This document shows positions 29,001-32,000 of a stretch of DNA of 32,000 nt, in pieces. Under the pieces are notes generated by a model that saw nothing but the letters and a program-made list of their open reading frames with translations, had not been told where the DNA came from and made no database searches. How positions within the stretch are numbered: the first letter of the stretch is position 1; every line of letters starts with the position of its first letter. Where the stretch lies: sequence record NC_010821.1. One strand, written 5' to 3'. The stretch comes from Pseudomonas phage 201phi2-1. Position numbers and translations under genes: made by a program.

Positions 29001-30020
29001 GATCAGGTAGTTAAACAGTACGGTGCCAAATACGGTATCCCTGGGAAACAAGCTGACCCTGAGCGTAAAGCCCGTAAAGACCCTCGTGCCAGTGCCCTGA
29101 TGGGTGCCGAGTTCATTAAGGCTAACTACGCCACTGTTAGTAAAGGTATTGGTCGTAATGACTTAACTGATACTGATATCTACATGGCTCACTTCTTAGG
29201 TCCAGGTGGGGCAATCAAGTTCCTTAAAGCTGATCCTAACGCAATGGCTTACAAGATCTTCAGCAAAGAATACTCGGCTAACATGGCGATCTTCTTTGTG
29301 AACAGTAAACCTTCTCAACCGCGTACCATTTCTGACGTCTATAAGCTATTCCAAGCTAAGATGGATAAGTTCTGGAATACTGTTGGTAAAGGTTACCGTC
29401 AGGGTTCTGGTGAGTCACCGAGTAATACGGCCAACGCCGATGCTCAAACTCCGGGCGCTGTAGAGAATAGCCAAACTGCTGATGAAGCTGCAATGAAGGA
29501 TAAACTGAAAGCCGAGGCCTCTAACAAAGACGGTATGGGTTCTGACACTAAGGGTGAACAACCTGCTGGTGGCAACAGTGATATCAAACAAGGTGATGGT
29601 ACTGGTTCAGTTCAGTCCTTAGCCCGCAACACTGCTCCAATGCCGGGTGCTCCTGCAACTGGTGGCGGTAGTAGCTCTTCGGTTAGTAACACTGGTACTG
29701 ACTCGGGTGCAGGTACAGCTGACTCGCAACAGCAAGCTCAGCTAGATGCAGCTCAAGCTCAGAATACTCGTCGTGCAGCGGAAGTAAAACGTGATCAGAA
29801 TGTGGCGGCGGATGTTAATGACATCCAAGTTCGGCAACTGAATACACTGTTTGAAATCCGTGACCTGACACAACTCCAATTGGATAACTCCAAAGATTTG
29901 TTGAAGGCATTCACTGGCGGTCAATCGGCAGGTGGGCAAGGTTCAGGTAATAATATGAATCCGTCTACGATGCAGGGTCGTCCAGCTGCCCAGCGTGAAA
30001 GCAGTGTGACACTACGCTAA
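23007..30020 (+). CDS. Giant virion protein (2337 aa) with SLT-type lytic transglycosylase domain (phiKZ gp181-like)
   Basis: '[47 protein letters not shown]' matches the lysozyme-like transglycosylase ES.FN...SS.A.G..Q pattern; GGAG upstream of ATG. Confidence 0.9.
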   Translation: MAKKSVPLRKPAGSDGQGNIKVPGGPVVLDLGDFDDIFGPMESESPKQGPLGQFYTGLKDSLSDRFKTKDIVRNFLRSAAPDGISNVMGFADEAMAVTRDIKESLERTNAADLQYIAKKAQQILPQVKDYVSEDTYNNISEGLENKIDEYDYTIQSGRDQTAIRRARQEESDSNQIKAAMDNIALTERLNHNKSEQAANARHNQSRAENSIRDVLTTKRFDFMAKSMGMAVDSLQRLAGYNEQVDYGFQRKGLELQFRSYLGIKELVKLSEAHLELNARAYNSIVRNTALADHQKTNRKDLGQIGNGQSNSRGFASNAARAIGGKTLSQFYGNYSGNVQSRVTDSLSQKLGMAVQAIKMGEAGPNLWDNKYSFAGGIAGDFLSDFLLNDLVPMMGREARSPLTKLSNKYGGRHNQAGYLMDNMPAFMQEFVNNNQNQHGWKGSIRNLIAPYVPQFGLQDRLQNGTFQTIDQHAAFNQATQRSIVDAIPGYLARILQEMRMIRTGSDQVAREVFDMTTGKFGVEANMHDNIQNRILPENAVRSASATINDALNQIDKDGKLSAGARKALGERLLRDSSSNQRFDPEAYIRTRGYAQGTSPEVAAELEQHFRGQFEFDNKGKMADTAANHQLRQEFSQAFLDIRSISRDPIKEINRMINSGHTEPLRALGIIVTEKGYDRINYPRIWEILRSGVTGHNPYAPGGDGNDPNTIDRSGEAGHKSFMGPQHPGLVKAFAANKLDAFRTKYAPEEQAARDAMAKHLKAMRGRFGSASKNVQETFADLTGGKGTDYTPGIQSFSKMMSAGPGFGPQNLGGGYSSFVGQAVDDHKDSMQGYVANGMQQLTDLYSSFDPTQPVIKGIDFSMGDLIDINTKKIITKPSDITGEVINRLGQTVVTATEAAAGLLSPKGEVIVKAVEAGAAAISKAIGLNRKTNQSESSTDNESTDPNGAEQLNKQDWSLGPGENPIITARGMLNGDYRDAAGKIIDSIADISSDVYDKTGNLVLTAKEFANGLWSKRTGKRYRPTKGLSKLLALAKGASKFSGTNATSMGFAAMKFAGKAALGVASAAFNFVMDNQNAYLPGEPVPVITRRQLQAGEYYDDKGKTIEDFADVYSPIYNAQGEAVIAPELYKQLTNFDGSKHVLAKNRRIWAKFIMRPIRAVRDAYMRQTKRYYKWLGKTTAKAGGWLGGKLFGGFAKRGSNLLGSAFDSVEDPNTKAQIDATLMASQQQTSVMEQVLQAIQDLKPKELRKGSWQEQAARKMGLGSKDPKAAGKDGDEKQAGFLKRGLAGLASMLGLGNKGEDDDDDGFGLEDAADLADIGDAAGNARERGRRRRGGKRGWFGRMWDKAKGSKLGKWGGGLVEKAGQSRLGQMAGRGLAMAGESAAGRAGLGVVTQVAKRPTLWTAVAAASVGMGAYLYSSIKSSSGEFRRLRLAQYGIRGMRRELKVLELEALLEKYTDKNSDSPSFSLNGAGAKDILSIMGIDLDNQAEVQNFAKWLDLRFKPVYLAWIGGLNKIGQSQVKINEIDDKVPKELKADLLDSVRFPYNGDTPYAVLVNPFDPDDTPEPNAEYISKMFDELKAEYDPERKAAEAKVDKKGDGKGTMEKAAAAGTIGTAVATGNAAKDLVTKQAAAGDKNSDVLKTPLAATAAAASSMSGTIANLNERIGNSITGLQAIRMRAYGVQTLHLSDVRSLLALEAVYAKDLTAVDGVVDYNGDESKLLAAAGALLGKDTSVGSSDRPKLYNWLVQRFGPTFRAYYGTAKGLNPSAELKSMESKLSGADKVTVGQAVMGAVYRHDQTVWDSESIFDVKGPLSDLKRLADADLEQLRKDSAKEVIDSPTQKGSDQMAGKNAAETGGSFADKVVGTIKDTWNKTTETVSGAWNRASDAAQDTYAGAKIAIGMGPDYGEGGAKGGAVKSTGTGGTMLSGTGGKFEELPYPSANGSIKAAYPTLLAAGKMTGVPVDWLTVIAGIESNFNYDIKASTSSATGWYQFIDSTWDQVVKQYGAKYGIPGKQADPERKARKDPRASALMGAEFIKANYATVSKGIGRNDLTDTDIYMAHFLGPGGAIKFLKADPNAMAYKIFSKEYSANMAIFFVNSKPSQPRTISDVYKLFQAKMDKFWNTVGKGYRQGSGESPSNTANADAQTPGAVENSQTADEAAMKDKLKAEASNKDGMGSDTKGEQPAGGNSDIKQGDGTGSVQSLARNTAPMPGAPATGGGSSSSVSNTGTDSGAGTADSQQQAQLDAAQAQNTRRAAEVKRDQNVAADVNDIQVRQLNTLFEIRDLTQLQLDNSKDLLKAFTGGQSAGGQGSGNNMNPSTMQGRPAAQRESSVTLR

Positions 30021-30023
30021 CAC

Positions 30024-30051
30024 TAGCCGGTCCTTCGGGACCGGCTATTAT
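30024..30051 (+). terminator. Intrinsic terminator, UUCG tetraloop
   Basis: TAGCCGGTCC-TTCG-GGACCGGCTA followed by TTATT, just after the 30020 stop. Confidence 0.85.
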
Positions 30052-30070
30052 TCCTTTCGAGGTTACAATA

Positions 30071-32000
30071 ATGGCCGAAGACTTACAACCCATCTGGCTA
30101 CGGAAAGCTTTCATGCTTCCAGTCAGTTATGATAAACGGAGTTATGGTTCTGGCGCAAAGCGTCGGGGCGCTAACTCAGCAGCATTCAAATTTACAAACA
30201 CATCCCCAGGCGGTAGCTTCCCAATCAACATGTTGCCCCAGTACACTCGTTATGCCGATATACGCGTACCGAGTCGTGGTCGTAGTCACAGTGATCGATT
30301 CCTAGGTATGGGTCGATACTACTCCGAGGCACATGACGACACCAAACAAGAAATTCACATGTCATTCGGCGTACCACGATTTAGTAGTTGGACGAGTTTC
30401 TTCACCAACTTCTACGATCGCAGTGCCGCGGCAATGGCTAACACGGGTGCAGGTACTGGACTGTGGTACAACTTAGGTAACGCGGCTGGTCTTTTAGTAT
30501 CGCTACCAGCACAGCCATTCATCTTGGGTTTGACGGGTACGATGCGAGTGATTAACTTCCTCACTCAGTCTCAGCCTTCTAAATGGTTCTACTTCAAACC
30601 TACAATGCACACGTACTGGTCCAGTGTTAACACCCTAGCTAACGAATTTGCAATCGGCCTAGGGATCACACCGTGGTTCTGGGCTAAAGAAGATGACCAG
30701 TTGGCCACACCGGGTGAGAAAGTAACAAAAGCTGACCTTGCCGAAATTAGTCGTATCTTCCCAACATTGTTTAGACCTGATGGTGGTGTGGATGTAATGG
30801 CACTGTCAGGCCGTGCTCAACGTATGTCCGATGCTTCACAGAAGTCTACTAAGGCTTTGATGGAGAAAGCGCGTACTATCGATGAACTGAATGCCGCCAC
30901 TGAGAAAGCAATGTCTCAGCCGGTAGAAGACCCTAACCCTGGGATCGATGCTCGAACTTACTTCCTTAACTACGTTGACACCATTGATAAGAAAGCTAGT
31001 GAAGACCCAACCGGTATTATCGATAACGAATTCTTCTCAAGCTGGTCTGACCTACAGCACATGTACAAATACATCGTGGGCGCTCAGCACGATGGTCAGC
31101 AGTTTGTTACCTTACGAGCTGACTATAATGGCGAGGTATCTGAAAGCTTTAGTAACTCTACCAAAGAAGTTGGCGTTGTACAAACCCTGAACACAAAAGT
31201 GAACGAAGGTCGTTCAGCAGCATTTAACTTCATGGGTGGTAACATTACTGAAGGCGTTGGCGCAATGACGGGTATGATTGCCGACTTTGTAACGGGTGCT
31301 CTAGATTCGGTAAACCTAGGTGGCTTGAGTGTTCTTACTGGTTCGGCATTCGTAGACGTTCCCGAGTACTGGGACTCTGCAATGGCCAGTCTACCAACTG
31401 CACAATACACGATCCCATTGATTACACCTTACGGTAACGTGATCTCACGCTTCCTCAATATCTATCTGCCGTTGGCGATGATTCTCCCTATGGGTCTACC
31501 ACGTTCAGCGGGCCGTTCTTCGTACACTGCCCCATTCTTGGTACAGATGTTCCATAAAGGCCGGGTACAACGTCAACTAGGGATTGTGGATTCTATTCAG
31601 ATCCGTCGTGGTACTGGTAACGTAGGCTGGAACGCTAACCACGAGATGTTAGGTTGTGAGGTAACCATTGGTGTTAAAGACCTGTCTAAGATCATGCATA
31701 TTCCTATTAAGGGTGGCTTCGCTTCCCCTAGCTGGATTGGCACTGGCGCTAGATGGGCTACAGCAACGGGCGCAGAGGCCGTTGTGAGTGCTGCTGGTGG
31801 TAACGGTGATGCTGGTATCGGCGCAGCCTTGGCGTTGACTGACGGTGCTGTGTGGGACGAACAATCCCTATTTAACGATTACGTTGCTACGTTGTGTTCT
31901 CAAAGTTGGAGTGATTTGTATTACGCAGGTAAACGGCTTAACTTGAACTTGACTCGAACAGTACAGTCATTTAAATCATGGCGTTCTCCATCTAACTTCG
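30071..32000 (+). CDS. Virion structural protein, probably phiKZ gp182-like (643+ aa, runs off window)
   Basis: Frame appears open from ATG 30071 ([41 protein letters not shown]...) to the window end (...[26 protein letters not shown]). I did not translate every codon between. Confidence 0.75.
   Translation, partial: MAEDLQPIWLRKAFMLPVSYDKRSYGSGAKRRGANSAAFKFTNTSPGGSFPINMLPQYTRYADIRVPSRGRSHSDRFLGMGRYYSEAHDDTKQEIHMSFGVPRFSSWTSFFTNFYDRSAAAMANTGAGTGLWYNLGNAAGLLVSLPAQPFILGLTGTMRVINFLTQSQPSKWFYFKPTMHTYWSSVNTLANEFAIGLGITPWFWAKEDDQLATPGEKVTKADLAEISRIFPTLFRPDGGVDVMALSGRAQRMSDASQKSTKALMEKARTIDELNAATEKAMSQPVEDPNPGIDARTYFLNYVDTIDKKASEDPTGIIDNEFFSSWSDLQHMYKYIVGAQHDGQQFVTLRADYNGEVSESFSNSTKEVGVVQTLNTKVNEGRSAAFNFMGGNITEGVGAMTGMIADFVTGALDSVNLGGLSVLTGSAFVDVPEYWDSAMASLPTAQYTIPLITPYGNVISRFLNIYLPLAMILPMGLPRSAGRSSYTAPFLVQMFHKGRVQRQLGIVDSIQIRRGTGNVGWNANHEMLGCEVTIGVKDLSKIMHIPIKGGFASPSWIGTGARWATATGAEAVVSAAGGNGDAGIGAALALTDGAVWDEQSLFNDYVATLCSQSWSDLYYAGKRLNLNLTRTVQSFKSWRSPSNF

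Noticed and set aside
1-32000. CRISPR arrays, tRNA genes, transposons, integrases, retrons or known defence genes
   Set aside because: No regularly spaced direct repeats, cloverleaf-like sequences, transposase/integrase motifs or reverse transcriptase motifs were seen on reading either strand. Absence is by eye only; tRNAscan-SE and CRISPR tools were not run.

Overview
The window looks like part of a phiKZ-like jumbo bacteriophage genome. This rests on recognised protein families and gene order. It has three transcription blocks: (1) a plus-strand block (~718-12320) with an SbcC/Rad50-like ATPase and many small hypothetical, membrane and winged-helix-like genes, interrupted by one minus-strand gene at 4813-5340; (2) a minus-strand block (22935->12375) with the N-terminal part of an RNA polymerase beta' subunit, a full-length beta subunit, an acidic-tailed protein, small ORFs and a probable prohead protease; (3) a plus-strand block (23007->end) with a 2337-aa virion protein carrying an SLT-type transglycosylase domain, then a structural protein that runs off the window. 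Main observations: a 336-nt ORF-less group I intron in the beta gene (17581-17916) with readable P/Q/R/S core elements and an exactly reconstructable exon junction; a candidate programmed -1 frameshift (C CCU UUG) at the end of the 629-aa acidic protein gene, leading into a downstream ORF that has no obvious start codon; a membrane-tail module shared by an 86-aa and a 258-aa protein; internal duplication in a 251-aa protein; UUCG-loop terminators mostly followed directly by TATG; and inverted repeats in all three divergent intergenic regions. No CRISPR array, tRNA or transposon was seen, and I cannot point to a clear new defence or effector system.
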